DNA of 64,000 nt from Acidimicrobiales bacterium (GCA_046155365.1 JBJXFH010000153.1:6888-70887); one strand, 5' to 3'; positions 1-9,565 are shown, numbered from the stretch's first letter. The notes: generated by a model from the sequence alone, not told the origin. Made by a program: numbers and translations.

Positions 1-624
1 GTGTTGTTAGTTGCGGCAATCGCATATGCCTCCTGTGGAGGATCTTCCGTCCTTGAGTCTGGGTCTCCGCCTTCGGTCGGTGCGGATTCGGCTCCAGATT
101 CTTTGCCGGGTGTGACTTCGGACGTTTCCCGGTTACCGACGTCGAGTTTCACCACTCCGAGCCAAGAAGACTATGCTCCGAAATCGAGCGAAGCGTCGAT
201 CCCGATGCCCACAGTGGAGTTGTGTTGTGTGCCGTTGCTCGGGCCTGGCGTCGGAACATTGAAGGTGGACGAGGTGGCCGGCTGCGTCTTCGTCGACTCA
301 GCGGTGGCAGCAGGGGAACGCCATTTTCTGGTCTGGGTAGACGGTTCTCGTGCGAGCGCCGAGGGTGTCACGACGTACCTGGGCGAGTTCATTCCGAACG
401 GTGGAATCGTCCAATGGTGGGGGACGATCTCCCCCCTGCATGAGGCGGAAAGGCAAAGGATCTACGCTGATGTGGATCCGAAGTTTCATCATTGCCTTGA
501 TGACGCAACGCACCTGGTTGGCCCGGGGCCCGTGCGCGAGGGATGTCTCACTTGCACTGAGCCACGCCCCTGGCCCACCAGCGTGTCCTACCTCGACCCC
601 GCCTGTGCGGCACCGTACTGCTGA
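1..624 (+). CDS. Cys-rich secreted protein / putative lipoprotein (may be truncated by window edge)
   Basis: ORF starts at window edge; hydrophobic N-terminus ending ...IAYASCGG (lipobox-like), Ser/Pro-rich linker, many Cys; no family recognised. Confidence 0.45.
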   Translation: MLLVAAIAYASCGGSSVLESGSPPSVGADSAPDSLPGVTSDVSRLPTSSFTTPSQEDYAPKSSEASIPMPTVELCCVPLLGPGVGTLKVDEVAGCVFVDSAVAAGERHFLVWVDGSRASAEGVTTYLGEFIPNGGIVQWWGTISPLHEAERQRIYADVDPKFHHCLDDATHLVGPGPVREGCLTCTEPRPWPTSVSYLDPACAAPYC

Positions 625-649
625 GGGAGAGTTCCGTAGCTTCGCCGCG

Positions 650-1441
650 TCAGGCGCCGGCGGCCACGCAGCTGCCTTGCGCCACCAGCCGGTCATTGCC
701 TACGTCGGAAAGCTCCACTCGGCCGGTCAGCCGGTGACCGGTGTGGGCCAGCGGGGTGACCGTCGCCCTGTAGGGGCCAACTTTGGCGGCGGACAGGAAA
801 TAGATGTGAAGGAACTCCAGCGCCGAACCCGCTCCGGCCAGATCCAGCGCCGCCTGCTCCATGGCCACCCCGGTGACCCCACCCTGGATGGAATCGAAGC
901 TGTTGCGAACCAGGTCCGACAGGTCCAGTTCCACTGCGCCTTCGCCCACCCGGCGAAAACCGATCACCTCGGCCAGGGGCGCCTCGAGGGGATCCTCGCC
1001 CTTGCCGAGATGGCGCACGGTGGTCAGCCCAGCGCCGCCGGGATTGTCATCGCGGCGGGGCAGCCGTTGGAAGGTGGTCTCGCCGTACACGATGGGCACC
1101 CCACCGGCGGTGACCTCGGTCTCGCTGACCACGGTGTTGCGCCCGGCCCGGACCAGCCGGGTGACGCCCTCAGCGATGGCGCCGGGTTCGGCCTCGCCCA
1201 AACGGTGGCAGGACTGGTCGAAGGTGGCGGTCCAATCCGGTGCCACCGCCCGCACCCCCAACGATCCTGCGGCCAGATCCACCATGATGCCCACCGCCGC
1301 CAGCCGGAACCGACCGTCCACGAACAGCGCCGGGGTCAACGGCATGGCGGTGCGGATGATCTGCTCATCGTCGGCGTCGGGCATGAGGGAGATGTGCAAC
1401 CGGCGGGTGATGTGCCCGGGATGGGGATAGACCCGTTTCAC
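650..1441 (-). CDS. hotdog-fold acyl-CoA thioesterase-like protein (TesB-like)
   Basis: C-terminal ...LHIYFLSAAKVGPYRATV... resembles the TesB H.YFL motif. GTG at 1441 lies just after the stop of the upstream gene; the longer ORF to 1561 overlaps that gene. Start uncertain. Confidence 0.5.
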   Translation of the reverse strand: MKRVYPHPGHITRRLHISLMPDADDEQIIRTAMPLTPALFVDGRFRLAAVGIMVDLAAGSLGVRAVAPDWTATFDQSCHRLGEAEPGAIAEGVTRLVRAGRNTVVSETEVTAGGVPIVYGETTFQRLPRRDDNPGGAGLTTVRHLGKGEDPLEAPLAEVIGFRRVGEGAVELDLSDLVRNSFDSIQGGVTGVAMEQAALDLAGAGSALEFLHIYFLSAAKVGPYRATVTPLAHTGHRLTGRVELSDVGNDRLVAQGSCVAAGA

Positions 1442-1448
1442 CACCGGA

Positions 1449-2294
1449 TCAGCGTTCGAGCCAGGCGTTGAACTGCGGCGCCCGCTTCTGCAGGAACGAC
1501 GCCCCACCCTCAGCGGCGTCGGGGTGATGATCCGCCATCGGGGTCCGCACGGCAATGTCATCGAGGGCCTGGGACCAGGTCATCTCGGCGGCGTTGTAGG
1601 TGGCCCGCTTGAGCAGCCGCATAGCCACCTGGGGACCGTTGGCCAGCTCGGTGGCCAGCTCCATGGCGGCCTCCAGCAGCTGATCGTCCTCCACCACCTC
1701 GTGCACCAGACCCAACTCGGCGGCTTCGGTGGCGGTCACGATGCGCTTACGGAACAGGAAGTCCATGGCCCGGGACAGGCCCAGATGCTGCACCAGCAGG
1801 TAGTGGCCGCCTTCGTCCGGTAACAACCCGAAGCGCAGGGTGGCGCTCCCCAGCCGGGCCGAGCGGGCCGCCACCCGGAAATCGCAGCACAACGCCAAGG
1901 ACAAACCGGTCTGGATGGCCACCCCGTTGATGGCGGCCACGGTCATCTTGTTGAGACCGCGGATGGCCTGGTTGACGCCCTGGGACACCACCCGCAAGCC
2001 GTCGTAGGTGCCCAGGGCGTGCTCGTGGCCGGGGTGCAACCGGGCGGTGGCCACCGGCTGGTCGTCGCGGTACTCGGGGCCGATGGTGTCACCGGCGCAG
2101 AAACCCCGCCCGGTCCCGGTGAAGACCACCACCCGCACCCCATCGTCCATCTGGGCCTGGGTCATGACCTCGATCAGGTCCCGTTTCATGGCCGAACTGC
2201 TGCCGTTGAGACGCTCGGGCCGGTTGAACGTGACCAGCGCGATCCCCCCACCCGCATCGCTGAGCTCGAATCCGCAGTAGTTCCCGGTCTGCAT
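1449..2294 (-). CDS. enoyl-CoA hydratase/isomerase (crotonase) family protein
   Basis: FNRPERLNG...VVFTGTGRGFCAGD... crotonase oxyanion-hole pattern over the full 281 aa. Confidence 0.85.
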   Translation of the reverse strand: MQTGNYCGFELSDAGGGIALVTFNRPERLNGSSSAMKRDLIEVMTQAQMDDGVRVVVFTGTGRGFCAGDTIGPEYRDDQPVATARLHPGHEHALGTYDGLRVVSQGVNQAIRGLNKMTVAAINGVAIQTGLSLALCCDFRVAARSARLGSATLRFGLLPDEGGHYLLVQHLGLSRAMDFLFRKRIVTATEAAELGLVHEVVEDDQLLEAAMELATELANGPQVAMRLLKRATYNAAEMTWSQALDDIAVRTPMADHHPDAAEGGASFLQKRAPQFNAWLER

Positions 2295-2602
2295 GAGCCG
2301 GACAGTAGCGGTTCAATCGGATCCGCTGGGCGAGGGACGGACCTTCGTCGATAGCATCCGGCTGTGTCCGTCACCACGTTGATCCCACCGGAAACCAGCG
2401 GCCGGGTTGGTCGGGTTGGTGAGGTGATGGCCGGGCCGGCGGGTCGGATGGTGGAACTGTCCTGGCAGAACCGGGCCAGCGACGGGACCCCGCTGATGCC
2501 GGGGCGGGCCGTGGTGGTGCTGCCACGCCGGGGAAGCTGAACCAACCGGCTCCTGAAGGTCCCGACCGACGGGGCGCGGCCCAGTGGGCTCCGCTGCTCA
2601 TC

Positions 2603-3496
2603 ATGACGGGGGCCGTGACCCAGTATCTGGGTGCGGCGCTGGCTGTGGGGACCTTCGCCACCTTAGGCGCGGTGGGGGTGGCGTGGCTCCGGGTGAGCTG
2701 GTCAGCGGTCATGTTGCTGGCCTGGCGTCGACCCCGGCTGGGACCCTTTGACCCCGTCGCCCGCCGTCAACTGGCCGTGTTCGGTACCGCCCTGGCGGTG
2801 ATGAACCTGTCGTTCTACCTGGCCATCGAACGCTTGCCGTTGGGCACTGCGGTGGCCATCGAGTTCAGCGGGCCGATCGCCGTGGCCGCCTTCGGGGGTC
2901 GCAGCCGACGCCATCTCCTGGCGGTGGCACTGGCGGCCACGGCGGTGTTGCTGCTGGTTGACGTGCGATGGCAAGCCAGCGCCGATGGGGTGGCCTATGC
3001 CCTGGCCGCGGCGGCGATGTGGGCCGGGTACATCGTGTGGGGTCAACGGGTGGGCGGAGGCGGCGCCGCCAAGGGATTGGACGGGTTGGCCATCGCCACC
3101 ACCATCGGTGCCTTGGCGGTGGCCCCGTTGGGCGTGGCCGGGCTGTGGGGTCTGCTGCCCGGCGGCCGCGGCTCCAGCGCCATCACCGCGGATGGGGGCC
3201 GTTCCTGGGAGCTGTCTCCCGCGCTGGCGGTGGCGGTGTGCGCCGGGGTGGCGTTGTGCTCCAACGTGGTGCCCTACGCGCTTGATCAGGTGGTGCTGGC
3301 GAAGGTGGCGGCGGCGCGGTTCGCGTTGCTGTCCACCCTGCTCCCGGTTACCGCGGCCCTGATCGGCGTGGTGGCGCTGGGCCAACGTCCAACCACCACG
3401 GAGCTGGCCGGCATCGGGTTGGTGGCGGTGGCGCTGGCCATCGGCTCCGGTCGCGCTCCCCCCAAACCGATTGCCCCCCGACCGCGGCGAAGTTGA
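2603..3496 (+). CDS. EamA/RhtA-type DMT family transporter
   Basis: About 10 hydrophobic segments; N-terminus aligns by eye to RhtA (…LRVSWSAVMLLAWRRP…); in-frame stop 48 nt upstream fixes ATG 2603. Confidence 0.8.
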   Translation: MTGAVTQYLGAALAVGTFATLGAVGVAWLRVSWSAVMLLAWRRPRLGPFDPVARRQLAVFGTALAVMNLSFYLAIERLPLGTAVAIEFSGPIAVAAFGGRSRRHLLAVALAATAVLLLVDVRWQASADGVAYALAAAAMWAGYIVWGQRVGGGGAAKGLDGLAIATTIGALAVAPLGVAGLWGLLPGGRGSSAITADGGRSWELSPALAVAVCAGVALCSNVVPYALDQVVLAKVAAARFALLSTLLPVTAALIGVVALGQRPTTTELAGIGLVAVALAIGSGRAPPKPIAPRPRRS

Positions 3497-3507
3497 ATCC
3501 GGTCTGG

Positions 3508-3541
3508 GCGGTGCGGCTTCGCGGTGCGGCTTCGCGGTGCA
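3508..3541. repeat. 13-bp tandem repeat gcggtgcggcttc x2.6 between convergent stops
   Basis: Read directly: units at 3508-3520 and 3521-3533, then a partial unit. Confidence 0.7.
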
Positions 3542-3542
3542 G

Positions 3543-4400
3543 TCAGTCGGCGCTGGCGACCTCGATGCGGTCTTGACGCCATTCCTTGGCCTGGGTGAGG
3601 GCTTCGTTGGCTTGGTTCATGATCTCGTCACGGTCGAAGGCGTGGGCGGGGTAGCAGGCCACGCCGGCCCACACGGTGTGGATGACCCCGCTTTCCACCA
3701 GGTGGCCACGGATGCGTTCCACGGTCCAGATAGCCCCGTTTTCGGGGGTGTCTTCCAGGACCAGGGCGAAACGGCCGTCGTCGAGGCGGCAGGCGGTGTC
3801 AGCCTCTCGCAGCGTGCGGCGCAGGGCGATGGTGACCAGCCCGGCGTCGGCCGGTTCGGCTTCGTCGCTGGCGAGACCCCGCACGATGTCCAGCAGCACC
3901 AGTGCCACCGGTCGAAGGCGTCGGCGGGCGGCGGCGATGCGGGCTTCGAGGGCCACGTCGAAATACGCCTGGCTGAACAGCCCGGTCTCGGGATCGCTCA
4001 ACAGGTCCTGAGGGTCGCGATCGTCTTGGAATCCGGAACCGTCAAACGGCAGCCCACTTCGATCCAGGCCGAGGGTGAGGGCGGCGTCCGCACCCACCCC
4101 ACCGGCTCGGGCCACCCGTTCGAGCAGGTCGATGCGCTGGTTGAGGGCGTGCTCGCGCAGCCGGGCCAGGGCCAGTTCCTCGCTCAGGTCCTCGTCGGCG
4201 CTCACCGCGGACGATGGCCCGGTGGCGCCGTTCGGACCTGGGGCCTGATGACGGGCGCGCCAGCCCAACAGCCCGGCCGCGAGACCGAGGCCGCCGGCCA
4301 CCACCCCGAGACCGGACTGGCCCGAAAGCGCCACGGCCACACCCACACTCCCGGCCGCGAGACCGAGCACCCCAGATTCGACACCTTGCGAAAACGGCAC
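3543..4400 (-). CDS. membrane-anchored protein with degenerate GGDEF domain
   Basis: Gly/Ala-rich TM N-terminus and a coiled-coil-like linker. GGDEF fold pattern (DPETGLFSQAYF...VALVLLDI...) with RLDDGRFALVL in place of RxGGDEF. Confidence 0.7.
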   Translation of the reverse strand: MPFSQGVESGVLGLAAGSVGVAVALSGQSGLGVVAGGLGLAAGLLGWRARHQAPGPNGATGPSSAVSADEDLSEELALARLREHALNQRIDLLERVARAGGVGADAALTLGLDRSGLPFDGSGFQDDRDPQDLLSDPETGLFSQAYFDVALEARIAAARRRLRPVALVLLDIVRGLASDEAEPADAGLVTIALRRTLREADTACRLDDGRFALVLEDTPENGAIWTVERIRGHLVESGVIHTVWAGVACYPAHAFDRDEIMNQANEALTQAKEWRQDRIEVASAD

Positions 4401-4453
4401 GCTGCTACATCGACATGCAACGGTTCGGACTGAACCCTCAGGCGAGACAGAGG

Positions 4454-6424
4454 TCAGTGGTCTTCTCGGCGATGGGCGGCGGCCAGGTCGGCGATGTCGC
4501 CCATGAGCCGTCCCAGCTCAAAGTCCTTCGGGGTGTAGACCGCGCTGACCCCGGCCGCCAGCAGCACGGCCCGGTCAGCCTCGGGGATGATCCCCCCCAC
4601 CACTACCGGCGCCAGACAGCCCTCGGCCCGCACCAGCCGTACCACCTCGGGCACCAGGGACAGGTGGGAGCCGGACAGGATCGACAACCCGATGACGTCG
4701 GGGTCCTCGTCCCGGGCAGTGGCCGCGATCTGCGCCGGGGTCAGGCGGATGCCCTGGTAGATGACCTCCATACCGGCGTCACGGGCGGCCACCGCCACCT
4801 GTTCAGCGCCGTTGGAGTGCCCGTCAAGGCCGGGTTTGGCCACCAGCAGGCGAGGCGGGCCGCCCTCAAGGGCCCGGCACCGTTCGGCCACCGTGGCCAA
4901 GGTGTCCGAGCGTCCCAAACCGCTGGCGGCGCTGACCCCGGTGGGAGCCCGGAACTCGCCGAACACCTCGCGAAGGGTGTCCGCCCATTCCCCGGTGGTG
5001 CCCCCGGCGTTGGCCATGGCGATGGTGGCCGTCATGATGTTGCCGGTTCCCTCGGCGGCCCGGCGCAGCTCCCGGCGAGCGTCGAGCAATGCCCGATTGT
5101 CCCGAGCGGCCCGCCACGCCACCACGTCGGCCACGGTTTCGGCCTCAACCGCGGGGTCCACCCGCTGGATGCGGACCTCCCCGTCCCCCCCGTCCCCGGC
5201 CAGCGCCGACGGTTCGGTGGCGACGAAGTCGTTGACCCCCACCACGGTCAGCTCGCCGGCCTCGATGCGGCGGATGCGCTCGGTGTGGGAGCTCACCAAA
5301 CGGCCCTTCAGCTCGGCGATGGCGGCGAACGCCCCGCCCAGCCCGATGACCTCGTCCAGTTCGGCCTGCGCCGCCTCCACCAGCTCCGCGGTGCGGGCCT
5401 CGACCACCTTGGACCCGTCGAAGATGTCCCCGTACTCCAACAGGTCACTTTCGAAGGCCAGGACCTGCTGCATGCGCAGGGACCACTGCTGATCCCACGG
5501 GGTGGGCAACCCCAGGGCCTCATTCCACGCCGGCAGCTGGATAGACCGGGCCCGGGCCCGTTTGGACAGCGATACCCCCAGCATCTCCAGCACGATTCGC
5601 TGCACATTGTTCTCGGGCTGGCTCTCGGTGAGACCCAACGAGTTGACCTGCACCCCGTAGCGGAACCGGCGGGCCTTGGCGTCCGTCACCCCGTAGCGCT
5701 CCAGGCCGATGCGGTCCCACATCTCGGTGAAGGCCCGCATCTTGCAGACCTCCTCCACGAAACGGATGCCGGCGTTGCAGAAGAACGAGATGGCGGCGAA
5801 CACCCCGGCGAAGGCGTCCGGTTCCACCTGGCCGGAGTCCCGCACCGCGTCCAGCACGTCAATGGCGGTGGCCAGGGCGTAGGCCACTTCCTGGGTGGGC
5901 GTGGCCCCGGCCTCTTGCAGGTGGTAGGAGCACACGTTGATCGGGTTCCAGTGGGGGATGTGGTGGTGGCAGTAGGCGACCATGTCCACGATCAACCGGC
6001 GAGACGGTTCCGGCGGGAAGATGTACGTCCCCCGGGACAGGTACTCCTTCACGATGTCGTTCTGGGTGGTGCCCCGCAGCGCCGCCGGTGCCACCTGATG
6101 GTTGGCGGCGTTGGCCACGTACAACCCCAACATCCACGCGGCGGTGGCGTTGATGGTCATGGACGTGTTCATCCGGTCGGTGGGGATGTCCTCGAGCAGC
6201 GTTGCCATGTGCCCCAGGTGCACTACCGGCACCCCCACCTTGCCCACCTCACCGCGGGCCTGGACGGCGTCGGGGTCATAACCGGTCTGGGTGGGCAGAT
6301 CAAACGCGATGGACAGACCGGTCTGACCTTTGGCCAGGTTGGCCCGGTACAGGGCGTTGGAGGCCCGGGCGGTGGAGTGCCCCGAGTAGGTCCGCATGAG
6401 CCAGGGTTGATCGCGCTGCGCCAT
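4454..6424 (-). CDS. meaA: B12-dependent acyl-CoA mutase, ethylmalonyl-CoA mutase (MeaA/Ecm)-like, fused catalytic + B12 domains
   Basis: N-terminus RDQPWLMRTYSGHSTARASNALYRANLAKGQTGLSIAFDLPTQTGYD. C-terminal cobalamin domain LLVAKPGLDGHSNGAEQVAVAARDAGMEV. Confidence 0.85.
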   Translation of the reverse strand: MAQRDQPWLMRTYSGHSTARASNALYRANLAKGQTGLSIAFDLPTQTGYDPDAVQARGEVGKVGVPVVHLGHMATLLEDIPTDRMNTSMTINATAAWMLGLYVANAANHQVAPAALRGTTQNDIVKEYLSRGTYIFPPEPSRRLIVDMVAYCHHHIPHWNPINVCSYHLQEAGATPTQEVAYALATAIDVLDAVRDSGQVEPDAFAGVFAAISFFCNAGIRFVEEVCKMRAFTEMWDRIGLERYGVTDAKARRFRYGVQVNSLGLTESQPENNVQRIVLEMLGVSLSKRARARSIQLPAWNEALGLPTPWDQQWSLRMQQVLAFESDLLEYGDIFDGSKVVEARTAELVEAAQAELDEVIGLGGAFAAIAELKGRLVSSHTERIRRIEAGELTVVGVNDFVATEPSALAGDGGDGEVRIQRVDPAVEAETVADVVAWRAARDNRALLDARRELRRAAEGTGNIMTATIAMANAGGTTGEWADTLREVFGEFRAPTGVSAASGLGRSDTLATVAERCRALEGGPPRLLVAKPGLDGHSNGAEQVAVAARDAGMEVIYQGIRLTPAQIAATARDEDPDVIGLSILSGSHLSLVPEVVRLVRAEGCLAPVVVGGIIPEADRAVLLAAGVSAVYTPKDFELGRLMGDIADLAAAHRREDH

Positions 6425-6494
6425 GGCCCCAATTGTGGCCGCGGCGCGCCGTCGGTCCCGCCTCAGGCATGTCCGGCTCCCGCTCCGGATGGGC

Positions 6495-7214
6495 TCAGTC
6501 GCCGCGCTGGTGGGGTCCGGCGTCGGCGAACACCGACGGAACTGGCCGCTGGATGGCTCGACCGAGGCGCTGGAGGTACTCGGTTCGAGGGATCGCTACT
6601 GCGCCCAGGGATTCCAGGTGGGGTGTCAGCCACTGACAATCCACGAGGGTGTCGGGATGGTCATCGAGCAGCTCAACCAGCGCCACCAGGGCCACCTTGG
6701 AGGCGTCGGTCTCGTAGTGGAACATCGACTCACCGGCGAAGAGACCACCCACGTTGACCCCGTAGAGGCCGCCCACTAGCCGTCCTGCCCGCCAGGTTTC
6801 CACGGAATGAGCCCAACCCAGCCGGTGGAGCTGGGTGTAGGCGGCCACGATGTCCTTGTTGATCCAGGCATGGGGCCGACGGGGATCGGCGCAGGACAAC
6901 ATCACCTCCCGGAAGGCGCTGTCAACGCGGATCTCGAAGCCGGCTCGGGCTTTGCGCAACGAGCGGCTGATTCGCAGCCCGCCGGGCAGGATCACCCCGC
7001 GGGGATCAGGGGACCACCAGCCCAGCTGGTTTCGCCGCAGGTGCATGGGGAAGATGCCGCCGCGGTACGCCGCGAGCAGCGTCCCCGGTTCCAGATCGGC
7101 GCCCACCCCCAGCACGCCCGATTCATCGGTTCGCTCGAGGGGCGGAAACACCCACGGTGTGGCGGGAGGCTCGACCGGCATCGGTCTCCAGTGTGGCCCG
7201 GGGGCGACGGTCAA
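6495..7214 (-). CDS. aat: leucyl/phenylalanyl-tRNA--protein transferase
   Basis: LLAAYRGGIFPM...LGWWSPDPRGVI...AYTQLHRLGWAHSVETW...LVGGLYGVNVGGLFAGESMF, typical Aat motifs. Confidence 0.85.
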   Translation of the reverse strand: MTVAPGPHWRPMPVEPPATPWVFPPLERTDESGVLGVGADLEPGTLLAAYRGGIFPMHLRRNQLGWWSPDPRGVILPGGLRISRSLRKARAGFEIRVDSAFREVMLSCADPRRPHAWINKDIVAAYTQLHRLGWAHSVETWRAGRLVGGLYGVNVGGLFAGESMFHYETDASKVALVALVELLDDHPDTLVDCQWLTPHLESLGAVAIPRTEYLQRLGRAIQRPVPSVFADAGPHQRGD

Positions 7215-7248
7215 GGGCGGGCTGCGGTGACGCCGGTAGATTCACGCC

Positions 7249-7905
7249 GTGCTTCGCCGTACCGGGGACCTCTCGCCAAGCCCCGTCTTGCCCGGCGCGT
7301 GGGATCGGCCGCTGCTGCCGGGCGGTGTGCGTCGGGAGCTGGCCCGCCGGCGCGCCGATTTGGGCTCCCCGACCGTGATTGAGGGCGCGCCAGCCGCGGG
7401 CCCATCCGTGACCTGGTTGGGTGCGTTGGCCGGGCCGGCGGCGCACGTTCCGGCCACGGCGGCCACGACAGGGCTGACGCGGGTGGTGGGCGTGGCTGAT
7501 CTGGCCCGTTCCGAAGACCTGGACTCGGCCCTGAAACTCCTGGTGGCAGCCCGGGAGGCGCTCGGAGTAGGGGGCCGTTTGGAGCTGGTGGAGCCCTACC
7601 GACGCACCGGTCGGGTCTGGGGCCTGGTGGCGGCCATGTCCCCGTTGTGGCGGCGCCTGTTCGGGTTGCGTCTGGACCTGCCGCTGCCGGCGCTGGTGCG
7701 TCAAGCCGGTTTCACCCTCGCATCTGTTGAAAGGTTCACCATGCCCACTGTGTTCCCACCCCTGCAGCCGTTCTGCTCGATCGTGGGGCTGGTGCCGGGG
7801 GAGCGGTCCGGGCCGGCGGTACCGGAGACGTCAGTTCCCGACAACACCCCTGACAACACCCCCGACAACACCCCCGACACCCTCGCCGTTGAGGCCCCGC
7901 GATGA
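7249..7905 (+). CDS. hypothetical protein, methyltransferase-like C-terminal region, PDNT-repeat tail
   Basis: ...LLVAAREALGVGGRLELVEP... resembles the class I MTase post-SAM region, but no clear GxGxG motif. ATGA overlap with the next gene. Confidence 0.45.
   Translation: MLRRTGDLSPSPVLPGAWDRPLLPGGVRRELARRRADLGSPTVIEGAPAAGPSVTWLGALAGPAAHVPATAATTGLTRVVGVADLARSEDLDSALKLLVAAREALGVGGRLELVEPYRRTGRVWGLVAAMSPLWRRLFGLRLDLPLPALVRQAGFTLASVERFTMPTVFPPLQPFCSIVGLVPGERSGPAVPETSVPDNTPDNTPDNTPDTLAVEAPR
7838..7882 (+). repeat. 12-bp in-frame tandem repeat (PDNT x3.5)
   Basis: cccgacaacacc / cctgacaacacc / cccgacaacacc / cccgacacc read directly. Confidence 0.85.
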
Positions 7906-8573
7906 CCGGGCCCGGCGCATTGGCCCTGGTGGGTGAGGGTGAATGGACCCCGAGCTGCAGCTTTGACGAGGAACTGCTGTTGGCCAGCGGCGGCGACGTG
8001 GTCACCGTGCTGCCCACCGCCGCGGCCTACGAACGTCCCGCCGAAGCAGCCGCGGCGGCCGTGACGCATTTCGCCCGTTGGGGTGCCCGGGTGGAGGTCC
8101 TCGACGCCTTGAACCGCAGCGGCGCCCATGATCCGGACAACGTCAACAGGCTGCGCGCCGCCCGCTTCGTCTATCTGGCGTCGGGTTCCGCCATGCACCT
8201 GCTGTCCGTGCTCAAGGCCACCCCGCTGTGGGAGGCGCTGGTGGCCGCTCATCAGGACGGGGCGGTGCTGGCCGCCGCCGGTTCGAGCGCCACCGTGGTT
8301 TGTGACGCCATGGTGGATCCCCGCGGCGGCGGGTTCGGTGTGGGGTTGGGCCTGGTGAAAGATCTGAGCCTGATCCCGCGCTATGAGCAATGGTCCACCG
8401 AGAAATCCCGGCGCACCATCCAGATGGCCCCCAAAGGCCTGGTGCTGGCCGGGGTGCCGGCTCACAGCGCGCTGCTGCGGGCCCGCGACGGCCGTTGGCG
8501 GGCGGTGGGCGCTGACGGTTTGCGCCTCTTCCGAGACGGTCGGCCGGTGGCGATCGACGTGCTCAACGGCTGA
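7902..8573 (+). CDS. peptidase S51 (cyanophycinase/peptidase E-like) family protein
   Basis: ...VYLASGSAMHLLSVLKATPLWEALVAAHQDGAVLAAAGSSATVVCD... matches the S51 nucleophile-elbow pattern. Confidence 0.6.
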   Translation: MTGPGALALVGEGEWTPSCSFDEELLLASGGDVVTVLPTAAAYERPAEAAAAAVTHFARWGARVEVLDALNRSGAHDPDNVNRLRAARFVYLASGSAMHLLSVLKATPLWEALVAAHQDGAVLAAAGSSATVVCDAMVDPRGGGFGVGLGLVKDLSLIPRYEQWSTEKSRRTIQMAPKGLVLAGVPAHSALLRARDGRWRAVGADGLRLFRDGRPVAIDVLNG

Positions 8574-8607
8574 GCGGGCGGGGTGAGCGGGCGGGGTGAG
8601 GGAGCGG

Positions 8608-8638
8608 GGCCCGGCACCGGTCGGCCCTCCGCCGGGCC
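8608..8638. terminator. GC hairpin between convergent genes
   Basis: ggcccggc (8608-8615) pairs with gccgggcc (8631-8638); it abuts the PPIase stop at 8639. Confidence 0.45.
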
Positions 8639-9565
8639 TCAGCTCTCGATGATCTCGATGTCCTCGATGGTGACCACCTTGGTGACCGCGCCTTCCGATC
8701 CGGCGGTACCGGCGGCCATGATGGCGGCCACCGTGGTGTCCATCCCCTCCGTCACCGTGCCGAAGATGGTGTACACGGCGTTGTTGGCGAAGGGGCTGGC
8801 GGCGGTTGCCGGCATCACATTGATGAAGAACTGGCTGCCATTGGTGTTGGGCCCGGAGTTGGCCATGGCCACCACCCCTGGTACGTAATCCGCCCCGGCG
8901 GCGTACAACTCGTCGGCGAACGTGTAGCCCGGTCCGCCGGTACCCATCTGTCCTTCCCGGGGGTTGGCGTCACCCACCTGGGCCACGAACCCGGTCACGA
9001 TGCGATGGAACGGCAAGCCGTCGTAGTAGTTGAACCGGCTCAACACCACGAAGTTGTTCACCGCCAGCGGAGCCTTGTCGTTGTTGAGGTCGATGGTCAG
9101 CTCACCTTCGCTGGTGGTGACCTTGGCCCGATACGTCTTGGCGGTATCGATGCAGGTGGGAGGGGCCGAGGAGAACGTGGTGGTGCGTTCGGCGCTGCCG
9201 TCGCTGGGCGGGCAGGTGGTGGGCCCGGTCAGGGTGGCTCCCGCCGCCGGGGCGGTTACCGGCACCGTGGGAGCGGTCGCCTCGGTGGAGGCGGTGGGGT
9301 CCGCGGCAGTGGTGGCGGTGGGGTCAACAGTGGTGGAGGCGGCGGACTCCTGATCATCGCTTCCGCCGGCCACCAAGGAGTACACCAGGGCCGCCAACAG
9401 CAGGCCGCCCACCACCAACACCCCTTGGAAAACTCGGCGCCGCCCTTTCGCTTTGCGGTGCGCTTCCTGCGCGGCGACCAACTTCGACTGGCGATTGGCC
9501 CGTTGCCGGTCCCGTTTGGCGGTTCCCATACGGCGGGTCACGCTAGCAATGTGCCGCGTCACCAC
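8639..9565 (-). CDS. membrane-anchored cyclophilin-type peptidyl-prolyl isomerase
   Basis: Basic N-terminus, one TM and a Thr/Ala/Pro linker, then FHRIVTGFVAQVGD...ANSGPNTNGSQFFI. Start may be the internal MGTAKR (9529). Confidence 0.85.
   Translation of the reverse strand: MVTRHIASVTRRMGTAKRDRQRANRQSKLVAAQEAHRKAKGRRRVFQGVLVVGGLLLAALVYSLVAGGSDDQESAASTTVDPTATTAADPTASTEATAPTVPVTAPAAGATLTGPTTCPPSDGSAERTTTFSSAPPTCIDTAKTYRAKVTTSEGELTIDLNNDKAPLAVNNFVVLSRFNYYDGLPFHRIVTGFVAQVGDANPREGQMGTGGPGYTFADELYAAGADYVPGVVAMANSGPNTNGSQFFINVMPATAASPFANNAVYTIFGTVTEGMDTTVAAIMAAGTAGSEGAVTKVVTIEDIEIIES

Noticed and set aside
2364-2540. 58-codon plus-strand ORF (VSVTTLIPPETSGRVGRVGEVMAGPAGRMVELSWQNRASDGTPLMPGRAVVVLPRRGS) upstream of the EamA gene.
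   Set aside because: It has GC-biased third positions but no SD, no recognisable motif and an equally long antisense ORF. Evidence is insufficient without conservation data.
4214-6757. 847-aa plus-strand ORF antisense to the acyl-CoA mutase. Similar long shadow ORFs occur at 44889-47384, 30400-31884, 18234-19637, 16001-16939 and 33710-34819.
   Set aside because: The translations are Arg/Gly/Pro/His-rich with no motifs. Each lies exactly antisense to a gene with clear family motifs. Long stop-free antisense frames are expected in GC-rich DNA.
7838-7882. The various short tandem repeats (also 3508, 12230, 44437, 54234, 56291) considered as a possible degenerate CRISPR or minisatellite system.
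   Set aside because: The units are 6-18 bp with no spacers, mostly in frame within genes, and there are no cas genes. They are ordinary slippage-type duplications.
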